A DNA stretch of 63,974 nt, filler included, from Rhabdomonas costata (Eukaryota): the NCBI GenBank assembly GCA_019059605.1. It is 54 parts of 54 records of this genome, joined end to end, with 100 filler letters (N's around TTAATTAATTAA, not from the genome) between each part and the next. Parts side by side here need not be neighbours in the genome. Positions count along the whole stretch, not along the records: positions 1 to 1,087 come from JAHMHO010029278.1; positions 1,188 to 2,274 come from JAHMHO010029279.1; positions 2,375 to 3,461 come from JAHMHO010029280.1; positions 3,562 to 4,648 come from JAHMHO010029281.1; positions 4,749 to 5,835 come from JAHMHO010029282.1; positions 5,936 to 7,022 come from JAHMHO010029283.1; positions 7,123 to 8,208 come from JAHMHO010029284.1; positions 8,309 to 9,397 come from JAHMHO010029285.1; 46 more parts are not named here. One strand, 5' to 3'. Under the pieces are notes generated by a model. It made no database searches. It had not been told where the DNA came from and worked only from the letters and a program-made list of their open reading frames with translations. Position 1 is the first letter of the stretch. Each line of letters begins with the position of its first letter. Of this stretch, positions 1-11,292 are shown one piece after another. The translations under genes and the position numbers were made by a program.

Positions 1-205
1 TTTTTGTAGCCTGTTGATTCGTCATACGGTGGCTGTTTTACCGGGACGACAGGCATCAGAAGACAAATTGTCTGTTTTTTTTCATATTTTTTTCCACAGT
101 GTTTCGAAAGGCTTTTTTAACCACACATACTAGCTTTGAGAAGAGAGGGAGGATCCTTGGAGGGTTGCGGTGAGTTTGAAGCCTCAGCAGAGAGGAGTGG
201 CGCGA

Positions 206-1075
206 ATGGCTGAGAATGAGTCCAAGAAGACGGATGACGTCGACTACCTCGACCCAAAGCAGCGTCCTTTGGTTATGCGGGCGTGGGGGTACCTCATGGG
301 TGTGAAGGCCCCAGAGCCCCTTCCTCCGGAGAGGGCTTGGATGGAGTGGAATATGGTGGATATCGAATTCAACCTAAGTATGTGAGAACTTTTTGCTGTG
401 AGGTCGAACATGCCGACTGTTTTGTTGGTGGTGGTACATGCACTTTCAGCTCTGGTTTGCAAAATTGTCTTGGCGTCAATGATTCTTTTTGGGGAGTTGT
501 TGACAGATCTTTTCTGTAGCTTTGTTGATTTTCTTCGAAAATGCTTTCCTGAAGTTGATCACACTCTGAACCAGAACCCTAAATCATTGTCGCTTGTTGT
601 TGCTTGAATTCTTTGTTCAGATGTGTAGTGCCATTCCCCCGCTGGTTTTGCGCGCTCACTCTGTTATGATAAACCTCGCTGGCCTTTTCTTATTTATTGT
701 ACTTCCTTTAACCTGTCGCACTGAACTTCTGCTTTGGCAGTTGCTTGTTATGTCAATTGCTAGTTGTCTTGATTGGAACGCCATGCAATGCAACGCTTCG
801 CATGCTTCGCAGACCATACTGCTTCTGATGTAAATTGCCATAAGGCCCACCGAGTAGTGATTTATACCCCATTTGCACCGAAATGTGTCCTTCTCAGCTA
901 TATTGTGATCGTCCTTGAGAAACCGGCATAGATGCCTGTCGCCTGCGCGGTGGAGATTTTTTTTGCCAACTTCTCCTCCGCCTCTCCCCTCTTAGAGGCA
1001 CTGGGGCGCCATAAATGGCACCCGTACGATCCCGAGCTGGAGCGCTGGAAGAACCGCAAGCACATGTGCCGGCAG
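206..1075 (+). CDS. 5' part of a spliced gene, unknown protein
   Basis: Exons 206-377 (ATG; donor AA|GTATGT) and 996-1075 (acceptor ctcccctcttag; donor GTCTC) join in frame: MAENESKKTDDVDYLDPKQRPLVMRAWGYLMG...IEFNL-K-ALGRHKWHPYDPELERWKNRKHMCRQ. Confidence 0.65.
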
Positions 1076-1087
1076 GTCTCGTAGGCG

Positions 1088-1187
1088 NNNNNNNNNNNNN
1101 NNNNNNNNNNNNNNNNNNNNNNNNNNNNNNNTTAATTAATTAANNNNNNNNNNNNNNNNNNNNNNNNNNNNNNNNNNNNNNNNNNNN
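1088..1187. other. Artificial contig linker N44-TTAATTAATTAA-N44 (first of 53 copies, about every 1187 bp)
   Basis: Identical 100-bp spacer with a six-frame-stop 12-mer recurs throughout; flanking sequences are unrelated and contigs are almost equal in length (size-sorted concatenation). Confidence 0.99.
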
Positions 1188-2654
1188 GTGGGGTGGGGTG
1201 CTCAGACATGAATGAGGAGGCAGGCGCATCTCCAATCCTTCATTGCGGGTACCTTCAGGCAGATGCACAGGAAGTATTCAGGAAATAGTTCACAGGGGAG
1301 ATAGAGAGACGATGTCACAACCGACCATTGCAAAAGGCAAGGGATCGGGATTGGAAAACTTACCGATCACAACACGCTCAGCAGACAAAAGCGGGAAAAC
1401 CTGGGGTGCGAAAAGTCACCCGAAACAGAAAAAGAATGAAAAGTTCACGAAGGAATCCCTCGAGCCACACAGCAGATTCACCGGCTCCCCTCAAGGCCTT
1501 TGGTCAGAGGAAGGGAAGCCGAGCCTCATGGCCGGCCATCAGGTCCTTCCACATCGCTGCGAAAGGGCAAACAGACGGGTGCCTGCACACCGAAGACTGT
1601 GAACCGGGAAGCGCAAAGCGTACATTTGCCTGGTCAAGTCTTGCTCAGGGAGGGAAATAATGCGTTTGTGTCTGCTTCCTCCGCCTCAGTGTGAGTTGTC
1701 ATTGACGGATATTCGAACTCCCGTGGGACGCTGGCGTTTGGAACGCACAAAGATGGAACCATAGTTGAAAACATCAGGGCTAAAAATATTTTCAAGAAAG
1801 TTCTGTAGGCTGATAATACACATAAAATAAACCCTGGAAAATGCTCACAAGACTGCGAAATGAAATGCATATGCCAATGACTGAACTGCGGCAGCAAAAA
1901 AAAGCCACTGCTAGCGCACGCAGTTGGCAGGATAAAATCATCATGCAATGCCTTGTTTTCCGGAGTTGTTGGTGGTGGAAAGGAGGTCCTTGGTCCCTGA
2001 CATCAAGGGCTGCACTCGGATGTCTATGCAGCACCACAGCAAAGCAAAGAAGCTATGTTTGCCCCGCACCACGCCAGCTTCCCCTGGGTAAGTAAAACCA
2101 CAACTTTGGGGGTTCAACCCGTCACCGACTCCAGATAGCGGCAGTCATAAATAGTGGGTGCTGTACCCACCCCCACGCGAACCCGTTGCAACTTCTTTTT
2201 ACCCCCAAGTGAAACATTCTATTACTAGCAAACCGTCTGCCAGCCTGTCAACATCCCTACCCATTTCTACTCGGNNNNNNNNNNNNNNNNNNNNNNNNNN
2301 NNNNNNNNNNNNNNNNNNTTAATTAATTAANNNNNNNNNNNNNNNNNNNNNNNNNNNNNNNNNNNNNNNNNNNNGGGATTTGCTCTGTTGATCGCTGGCT
2401 AGGTGGAATTGTTGAAGTGAAAAAGGCGAGTGAAGAAATGGGAGTGCTCAAGCTTGTTGCTATCTGCCTTCAGTTGGGTTCGATGCCTTATCTTGCGTTG
2501 ATGTTGTGCCGATTACCTTCAAATCGTTCGCCCTGGAAAATCCTCTGCCGATTATTCTTGCCCTTTTCTCCATCTATGGTGGAGCCCTCTTGCTCTACTG
2601 TAATTTATTCTTGAAAGGGACAATGGGGCTTCGCTTGGTTCCTGTCTCAAACAG

Positions 2655-2773
2655 CAAAAGTACTACACTTCGGCCTCCGTTGTGGAGCTGACCAACCGCG
2701 AGGCCTTTGTGTGCGGGATGGCCGCGCAATACAACGAGAACCTCACCCCAACTTTGGAGGCAGCCCTGAGGAA
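2655..2773 (+). CDS. Internal exon, unknown protein
   Basis: aaacag| ... |GTGCGT; open frame QKYYTSASVVELTNREAFVCGMAAQYNENLTPTLEAALRK with GC3-rich codons. Confidence 0.45.
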
Positions 2774-4812
2774 GTGCGTTCGCCTTTGTCCTCGCTTCTC
2801 AACATAGTACCTTAAAGGTGCCCGACCTTGGTGCTGTCAACGCAACCTGCCATGGGTGACGAACGCGGCTCTCAAAATGCAACCATTTTGTGCAATATAG
2901 CCAGTGATTTGCAGTTGTGGTTTTCTTGAGGGAAGCGCTCGAGCAAGGTGACATTTCTTAGGCTGTTCAATGTGCGCCGGTTTTCTGAAAACCCGCTGCT
3001 TAAATCCGAATCCCATGCCGAGAGCTTGGAGCAAGAGAAAAGGGGTTCTTCAGTATTTTTTTGGAAGCACATTAACGGCGGCAATATGTTTTGTCCGCAC
3101 AAACGGGGAGTCGCGCGATGGTTTGGTGGTGGTGGTGGGTCATCACGAGGGCAAGGACACAAGCGCGTCTCGTGTCGTCACTGACGGCAAAAAGCACACA
3201 GACTCAACGCTGGCGTGAAAACCACTTAGCATGGCTCAGAAGGGCCCGATAAAACCCAGTCTCCCCCCACAGTCACAAAGTGGAAAGAGGGAAGCCCGCG
3301 GACACGGTCCCATATCACAACAATATCTCATTTCAAAAAGGCGAGCAATAACAGAGAGCGAGCCAAGCACACAGAGAAAGTGAATTGCAGGCACGCGCAA
3401 AGAGAATACAACGCGGACAGAAAACGTTCAGATCTTCAATGCTGGACCCACCCACCCCCCCNNNNNNNNNNNNNNNNNNNNNNNNNNNNNNNNNNNNNNN
3501 NNNNNTTAATTAATTAANNNNNNNNNNNNNNNNNNNNNNNNNNNNNNNNNNNNNNNNNNNNTGTTTTGGCTTCACCCTCTCTATTGAGGGTTGAGTATTA
3601 ATAATAGATCAATGATAGACTGTGATGCTAGTGGCGCATTCTGGAACAATCCTGACCATTTGGAGCAGCACTCTTGTCCTTTCTTTTCATACTTCAGCCC
3701 AACTTGGGGTGAGCACAAACAAATGATTTATTGCAAACAAGAAATCGCAGCACTACTAACCAAACCACCACAACGTTGCACCATCATTTGCCCCAATTAT
3801 CCTTGGTTGTCGGTGGCAGTATTCAGTCACGTCAAGAAGGGGATGGGGCACCTCTGATGAGTGCACGATTGTCCTTCGTGCAGACTCCGCGTCCTTTGTC
3901 AGGTAGGTCAGCATACAGAGCACAGCCGTCACAATCTCATCGTTACCCTGTCGAAAAACGTGCAGGTGGGAGCATGACGGCTGGCAATGCCTCATAGGGC
4001 TGTTGTTTCTATCCCTTCGGCGACTGAGGGGAGGAAAGCCAACCGGCAGATTCAGGTGTAAACATGAAACAACATCCTCGATGCGCAACGGAGGGCTGCT
4101 GTCAGGCGTAGGTTTGTTTCACTGAATTCTTCGGGTCTTCGCGCACCCGAACGTTTCTGGAAAAAACACAAAAATACTCAGACCCGTCAGAAAGAGAGGC
4201 AAAACGAATCCGGCATGTGGTCTTTTGAAAATACAGCAGGCCTTCCCACACGCTGCGTGGCGGGTTCTTCAAGCCAGAATTTCTGACCCTCGGGTGGTTC
4301 CTCTTGGAGGCTCTTTAGTATCCCTTTTGCGCCAGTTCTTGCCCCATACAGCGGAGAGTTTCACATTGCCACTGGAGGAAAGAAAGGTTTTCCTTGCACC
4401 TAAAGAGCAGCGAAGTTCATCAATATTTAGGGATCTTCGCGTGCAACACAATGCTATGCGATTAAGTTTGTTGAATGCCCCCCTCCCTTTTTTTACAGCA
4501 ACGCTATAAAAATTTTATAGCGGTGATACAAAATTTTTTTATAGCAGTGATGTTTATTATTTATAGACATTTTCGGCGATGCTGTGAACTGTTGGGTTGG
4601 GTTCTGCTTGTCCGGTATGTCTTTGGCCGCGGAGCGCAGCGGAGCAGCNNNNNNNNNNNNNNNNNNNNNNNNNNNNNNNNNNNNNNNNNNNNTTAATTAA
4701 TTAANNNNNNNNNNNNNNNNNNNNNNNNNNNNNNNNNNNNNNNNNNNNGGTGGGTTGTGTTTGCTTTTTTCGCCGCTTTCCCGCTTGCCCCCGCTTGCTG
4801 GCTCCCTTGCAG

Positions 4813-5819
4813 GCCCAGGCGATGCTCGTCCGCAATTGGGCCCAGACGTTCACCGGAGTGAAACGGCTGGTTGGGCTGCCGTTTCGAAGCCCCCAAGCCG
4901 ACCTGGAGAGGCCGTTCGTGAAGTTTTCCACCAAGGAGGCTCCAGAGGATGGTTTCTTTGCTTGGGCCTCGCTTGTTTCAGGCCGGAGTACTCCCAGCCT
5001 TGTGGACTTCGGCCTCCATGTTTTTCGGACTCAGCCGTAGCTTCGTGTTTTACATATTGGAGATATGTCCCTTTGGACGCCTCTTGTGGTAGTTGTATTC
5101 GAATGGGTTGTTTTTGAGGGAAAGCTTTTTATTCCTCTCCCCTTTATCGGATCCTTCCTTCCCGTGTCCTTCTTCCTGCGCCGTTGTATGCAGACTTTTT
5201 TATGGGTAGACACTGCGGTGATCCCCTTCTGCTCCCGATTGCTTCCCTCTGTAGATGCATTCGGGTAAGTGAAAAAAATTTCCCCCAAGAGAAAGAATTT
5301 CCCCCAACCACTGAGGAAGAAGGCTCCAACACATCACAGTAGATGCAGCATATAGGAGATCCAGGGGGCACCTGCATCGCCACCTAACCCCTGCAAAATC
5401 TTCTATTGGAGTCCCAGGGGACTCCTGTTTCGCCTCCTCGTGGGACTTGGGGGAAATTTTTTCTCTTCTTGGAAATTTTCTCTCAGCCATGCATTCTGCT
5501 TCTGTTTGCTTCCCACGTCACTCGCTTGCAAAGAACACTTTTGTTATGTTTCCAGACAGCCCTTGCTTAGCCGTGTGCACTCTACCGAAGCTTCATTTGT
5601 TTACTGTGAAGCTTTATTACCGCCGGTAGCCGTTACGGTCGGCAATAACCCATCCTTCCCTCGGGCACAAAGAAAAAGAACACACCAAAAATTCCATAAT
5701 AGGCACCTTTCAGCTCTGCCTTCCCGGAGAGGGCCCTTTCGATGGCTCTTCGAGCTTTGCGCCTGAGCAGGTGTACGCCATGCTGCTCTGTCACTTGCAC
5801 CAGCAGGCCCAGGCCGAAG
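4813..5819 (+). CDS. Hsp70-superfamily (Hsp110-like) nucleotide-binding domain, two exons
   Basis: Exons 4813-4951 and 5703-5819 join at phase 1: AQAMLVRNWAQTFTGVKRLVGLPFRSP...APED-G-TFQLCLPGEG...FAPEQVYAMLLCHLHQQAQAE; matches the KRLxG and F(S/T)PEQVxAMLL motifs. Confidence 0.75.
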
Positions 5820-6013
5820 GTTTTACACCCCCACANNNNNNNNNNNNNNNNNNNNNNNNNNNNNNNNNNNNNNNNNNNNTTAATTAATTAANNNNNNNNN
5901 NNNNNNNNNNNNNNNNNNNNNNNNNNNNNNNNNNNTGTGGTGTGTCAGTGGTGGCAAATCAAAAAAGGATGGATAACAACAGAAAGAAGCCGGGGGAGGG
6001 GGTTGCTAGGGAC

Positions 6014-6961
6014 CGAGATGAGGTGAGTTAGGTCGCCAGTCTCCCCACAGTTTGGGCGGACCATAAAGGTATTCATCCCATGCTCGCGGCGATATTGGTT
6101 CAGCGAGAACACGTTGGCGTAGATGTAGTAGTTGAAGTAGATGTCCGGGGGATTCACTGCCCATGCCCACTTCTTGGGTGGCCGGTTCTCAGGCAAAACC
6201 TGGCACCACATCCATGCACATGCACATGCACTCGCGCACACTACATGGACAAGGCAGGTGATTGGCCTTTTTTGCTGCCAGCGGCAGTCTGCTTCTCAGA
6301 ATGTGTGTGTGTGTGTGTGCCTGCGTGCCTGCGTGTAGGGCAAACCTTTCCATGTGTGGACTCGTCTGAGATGACATTGAACACCACTGTGTTGTTCAGA
6401 AACTCAGACAGCTCGGGGTGCTCCTGGGTCAAACAAATAAGCTCTGTTTCAGTTCGTCATCAGTATCACCATCGACTTTGTTTTTACGCCTTCTGGGAGG
6501 GAATATGTCGATGAGCGAGCAAGTTAACATTGTGCGACTGGGACCAGTGAGGCAGGCAGTGGACCTTTTCCTGCGGTCCACAATACGAGCAACCAGAGGC
6601 AGCGTGTGTGTTTGTGTGTGTGTGCGCGCGCGCGAGGGACGTCTTTTCATTCTCAGTTTCCATCTTTTCATTCACGCGCGCTTGGTTCGATAGATCCTCT
6701 TTTCTTCTCTCCATCCCAAGTAAAAAATCGCGCGAGCTTTCACAAGAAGGACTGAACAAAACCTAGCTGCTTCTGCCAACAAGTGGGGACGGTGGGGGGA
6801 TACATTACCCAGGGCTGCAGGGAGGCCTCCCACAGGGGTAGAAAGATGTTGTTCAGCTGCTCCTGGAGGTCCTTACACTTGTAAATCTGCCGGATGGCCT
6901 CAATCCTGGGGATCTGGATGGCCCAGCGGTTGGAGGGCGAGGACAGCCCGTGCGTTTTGAC
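6014..6961 (-). CDS. AMP deaminase homologue, three exons (probably catalytically degenerate)
   Basis: Phase-0 exons 6961-6809, 6423-6346, 6199-6014 give NRWAIQIPRI...LNNIFLPLWEASLQPW/EHPELSEFL...ISDES.../...NPPDIYFNYYIYANVFSLNQYRREHGMNTFMVRPNCGETGDLTHLIS, collinear with AMPD RWxIQxPR, NIFxPLFE, NPPYxYYxYYxYAN and RPHCGEAG. Confidence 0.9.
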
Positions 6962-9363
6962 CTGCGAGTGGGGAAGAGACGGGAACGTAAAGGCGCGGAC
7001 AACCCGGCCAATGAGAATTCAANNNNNNNNNNNNNNNNNNNNNNNNNNNNNNNNNNNNNNNNNNNNTTAATTAATTAANNNNNNNNNNNNNNNNNNNNNN
7101 NNNNNNNNNNNNNNNNNNNNNNTGTTGTGGGGCTGCTCACAAAGGAGGTACCCCTCATCCTGGTCTTCTAGGGGAGCGGTGGGGAGTTTTAAGGACTGTA
7201 TTTGCTCGGAAGTGATGTCTCTGTTGCGTTGCATTCTGAGGAGGAGGAGGAGGAGGAGGATTGTTGAAACTCAAAGGCTTCCCCCTTTTATGCCCCCTAA
7301 TAGGAAATGAAACTTCGCCGCCAGTGGCTTCTCAATGAGTACGTCGGATATCCCGAGTCCCCGGTCGACGCAGTCGTTGCAGCCTCAGTAGCCGCACCGG
7401 AAGCCCGTGACATTGGAGAAATTCCTTCGCAGGAGCTCCTCGGTAATAGCTCCTCTGAAAGCCCTCCGCTGCCCGAGCTCCACGCAGAAACCGTTCCCGT
7501 GCTACTGGGGACCACCGGGGACGTGCCCACCACCAAGGACATCTCCACAGCTTGCGCAGTGAAGGTGACTGTGCGTGCTGTCTCTGTCGTGGTGTGGTGG
7601 TGTGTGTGCAGGGGTGCGGCAGTCGATTGCCTTGAGCCATTGTTTCGGGGTGGTGGCTCGTACCCTTCTGGGCCGCCTTTTGGGGTGCACGAATGTTGTC
7701 CTGGTTACCTCTGTGTGAGCTCTGGCAGGAGGCAAGGAGTTCTTGTTTGGAAGCTAGGCTGACCAAAGGATATTTGCTTACAACGACGTTCCTAAACTGG
7801 GGTGCCTTCTTATTCTGCTGAGATTCTCTGGTTCCTTTTGTTTCGGAGCAACGCTTCTGCTGGGATAGCTGTAAATGTTGTAAAAAAAAATGCTGTAAAC
7901 CTTCCTCTTCCGCTCCGTCATCAAAACACGTGGAAAGCACAAATACCTTGGAGCTCACTTTGTCTCAGAAACACCTCAGAAACACGGGTTGGGTGACGTC
8001 AAATGGTGATGGAAGGCTCTGAGCCTGCTGCCGTCATTCTGGGGTCACCCATTGGCCCCCCCCTCCTTCGTGCGAAAAGCGGTCCGAAAAGTGGTTTCCT
8101 AGTTAAGGCATTCCATCAAGTCCTGCCAAAGCTCACACAGAGGTAACCAGGACAACATTCGTGCATCCCAAAAGGCGGCCCAGAAGGGTACGAGCCACCC
8201 CCCCAACCNNNNNNNNNNNNNNNNNNNNNNNNNNNNNNNNNNNNNNNNNNNNTTAATTAATTAANNNNNNNNNNNNNNNNNNNNNNNNNNNNNNNNNNNN
8301 NNNNNNNNGTGGTGGGGGGGGGGGTGAACGTCATCGGAAGGACATAGGGAGGTGTAAGACAGAATCCATCAATGAGGTTTTCTACTAGATCCCAACTACC
8401 ATGAGGCAGCGCGGAGTTGAAGAAACGGAGCTATTGAAAGGACATCGCTTATGAAACCTGCTGTCTTTTACCCACAGGCCGGTGCGGATTGCCACCGCGT
8501 GGGGGTGACCCCAGCCCCAATTCGGATCCGGTGCGTGTTGAACTCTTTCCGGGGCTGGGTGAGGGAAATGCCGAAGCGCAGACCCCGGTGCACCCTGGCG
8601 GTGGGAAGCAGCCAAAGCCGAGGTACGTGGAGGTCCCCCATCTTCTGTACGCAGCGGTTTGGGTATGAGCCGTGATTCCGCATTGAGCAACACACTGACA
8701 AAACCTCCTCTCGTGTACTGTATTTTGTGTATTGGCGCTTTCCCATTTCCTATTGTTTTCATTTTTTGTAGAATGCTAGCTCAGATGGTAGGTCGCAAGT
8801 GCAGAATGCAAAGACCTGCCAGAGAGGGACATCAGGCCCATCTCAGCCAGCGTACCGTGCTATTCACTTAAACGCCCACACTCTAAAAAATCGGCTGCTG
8901 GCAATTACGGGGGCGCTGCCGAAATGCCATATAACCCGAGTTTCTTTTCTACGGCAGCAGCAAACAGAAGCATTCCAGTCTTAGTGTTTCTTCTGGAAGG
9001 CACAGTGTACAGGTCTGCAGAGGTTCGAAAAATGCATTCCAGCCAATCACTCACAAGAAGGCCCAAAGTGGACCCTTCAGGATGCCATCGCGTGGTGTAG
9101 GGGGAAAAACGGTATAACCGTATAAAACGGAATATAACCAGAATCTGGGACGCTGCTATATTACTCACCTCAAAAGTGTTACCCTCCGGTCAGTCAGGTG
9201 AAAGTCAAGTTATGACACCCATTCCAGGTCCTTCGGCTCCGGCTCCGACCCCAGTCCCGGATTGCCCACATCGGCAGTAATCCCAATGAATAGGATGAAG
9301 ATCGAGCCCAAGGGGGTAGTCCGCTTGTGACTTCTGGAAGGACAAAAAGAGGAATTCCATGAC

Positions 9364-9364
<1 letters not shown>

Positions 9365-9397
<33 letters not shown>
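9365..9397 (+). repeat. (AC)n microsatellite
   Basis: Pure AC run at contig end. Similar runs at 32938-32966 and 43919-43956; (TC)n at 44813-44854; (GCCT)n at 27703-27743. Confidence 0.95.
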
Positions 9398-10749
9398 NNN
9401 NNNNNNNNNNNNNNNNNNNNNNNNNNNNNNNNNNNNNNNNNTTAATTAATTAANNNNNNNNNNNNNNNNNNNNNNNNNNNNNNNNNNNNNNNNNNNNGTG
9501 TGTTGTTTCCGGGGAGCAGTGAATATGTGACGCCGTGGTGTATAACAGTTTGATATTTCTTCGTTCACTGTGATGTTTTTCAGCCCATTGTGTCTCAGAG
9601 GTGCGCCAGCCTCTGCCTACTTGTGCTTTCACAATATCACTGGCTCTTGTGATTACAGATGCACCACATCAGTGTTGTTTTGGCTGTGCGTGGACCCTCC
9701 CCCCCTCCTGCTTTCTTGTTTTCTTTCTCTTCAAATTTTCTTGCGTTCGGGTCCGTACGGATGTGGAGATAAAAAGAGCGGAGGAATGTTCGAAAGGCAC
9801 CTCCTTTCGCTTTTTTCAGCCTCTCTTTGCCTCAGGCTTGTCGTGTGCGACAGCCTGAGGAAGGTGATTTTTCCATTTCCCTACCGGTGCTTTCGGCCGC
9901 GATTCCGAAGTGTTTAGTGCACTAGTGCTGCATGAATCTGTACTTCGGCGCGGAGTTACTGCCGCTCTTTTCTTTATAGCCTCAACACGCACCTCTCAGC
10001 TGTTGCCTGTTGTATGTTCTTGCCTGCTTTTTACATCGGCTTACATCGTGTTTCCAGCAGTCAGTTGAATGTGTTGGAGCAGTCATGGAGAACTCTGATT
10101 TGGCTACGGTAGAACTGAAAGTCACTCCTCTCCCCTTCATTCCATCTGTTTTTGTGGCATTTTTCGACGTGGGGGTTTCGTCCCCAGCCCCATGTACAAT
10201 CTCCCTCCCTCCCAACAACCTCGCGTGTGTATTGCTGGTGCGGTGCAATTTTCTGCGTGTCTGTGGTCAAGGACATGAATCAGCCACCACTTTTAGGAGC
10301 TGATGGTGTCTGACAACCGCCTCCCATGCCCTGTCGCCTCATTGGTGCCACCAAACCCTACCCAACCCAGGCTTCGAAGAGGGCTGCACATACCGCTACT
10401 GTCGCCGGCAACAGCGGCTTTGTGCTGCAACTGAGACCATGCTTTTTTCTTTCTGTGCTAGTTCAGAGGATCCGAGTGCGGTGAAGGAAGGCACATCGTG
10501 ATGGCAAATCCCTCCTTTACAAACAGGGACGAGGCGCATACAGTGACGCATCGTTGCAGAGTTTATGGGGTGTTTTTTTTTGGGNNNNNNNNNNNNNNNN
10601 NNNNNNNNNNNNNNNNNNNNNNNNNNNNTTAATTAATTAANNNNNNNNNNNNNNNNNNNNNNNNNNNNNNNNNNNNNNNNNNNNGGTGTGGCCCAAGGCA
10701 CCCGGATTCCCACCATCAAGCACTATGAGGGAGAGCCGCGGGGATCGAC

Positions 10750-11292
10750 CTCATAGTGCTTGATGGTGGGAATCCGGGTGCCTTGGGCCACAGCCTGAAT
10801 TAAGTTCTTCCCGCCCCGAGGGATCAATACATCGATGTACTTGTCCATTTTCAGCAGCTCCTGAACCGCCTGCATGAAAGGGATCAACAAAAGCAAGATT
10901 GCAAGATTTGAATGACGTTGGAGAGCGAAGTATGTGCAGGTTGCTTTTTTGCAAATTGCTTGCTGAGGTAGTTGTTTGTTTTGTCTCTGCAAAAAAGGCA
11001 GGCGTGCTAGAGTGTGTGCGTGTGCGCACTAGAAGGCTCTCAGTGAGAGAGCCGTAAGAAGCATAGCTTATTTGATCTAGTTTGATCTAGGAGCCTAACC
11101 ATCTGTTCGATGAGGTGAGGGGGCGACAGGCAAACATACCTCGTGGCCTGGAACGGCCAAAAGCTGCACGGCGTCCGAGGGCACGCCTGTCCTCTCACAT
11201 GCAGAGGCCATCGCCTTGGCCAGCACGGCGTTGGTGCGGACCCCCTCGGAGCCTCCTCGCAGCACCACGGCATTGCCGCTCTTCAGGCAAAC
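10750..11292 (-). CDS. proA: Gamma-glutamyl phosphate reductase (ProA, or the GPR domain of P5CS), two exons
   Basis: Exons 11292-11140 (VCLKSGNAVVLRGGSEGVRTNAVL...VQLLAVPGHE) and 10869-10750 (AVQELLKMDKYIDVLIPRGGKNLIQAVAQGTRIPTIKHYE); diagnostic KSGNAxxLRGG and IDxxIPRGG motifs; GT-AG intron. Confidence 0.92.

Noticed and set aside
996-1075. DPELERW resemblance to complex I subunit NDUFB4
   Set aside because: Only a short motif; cannot be supported without a profile search.
5255-5264. Apparent 10-nt micro-exon TAG|ATGCATTCGG|GTAAGT in the Hsp110 intron
   Set aside because: Inclusion breaks the frame with both available downstream acceptors; direct splicing fits the family alignment.
10687-10792. 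Perfect 44-bp inverted duplication of a proA exon end
   Set aside because: At a contig terminus, perfect arms, short loop: fold-back chimera.
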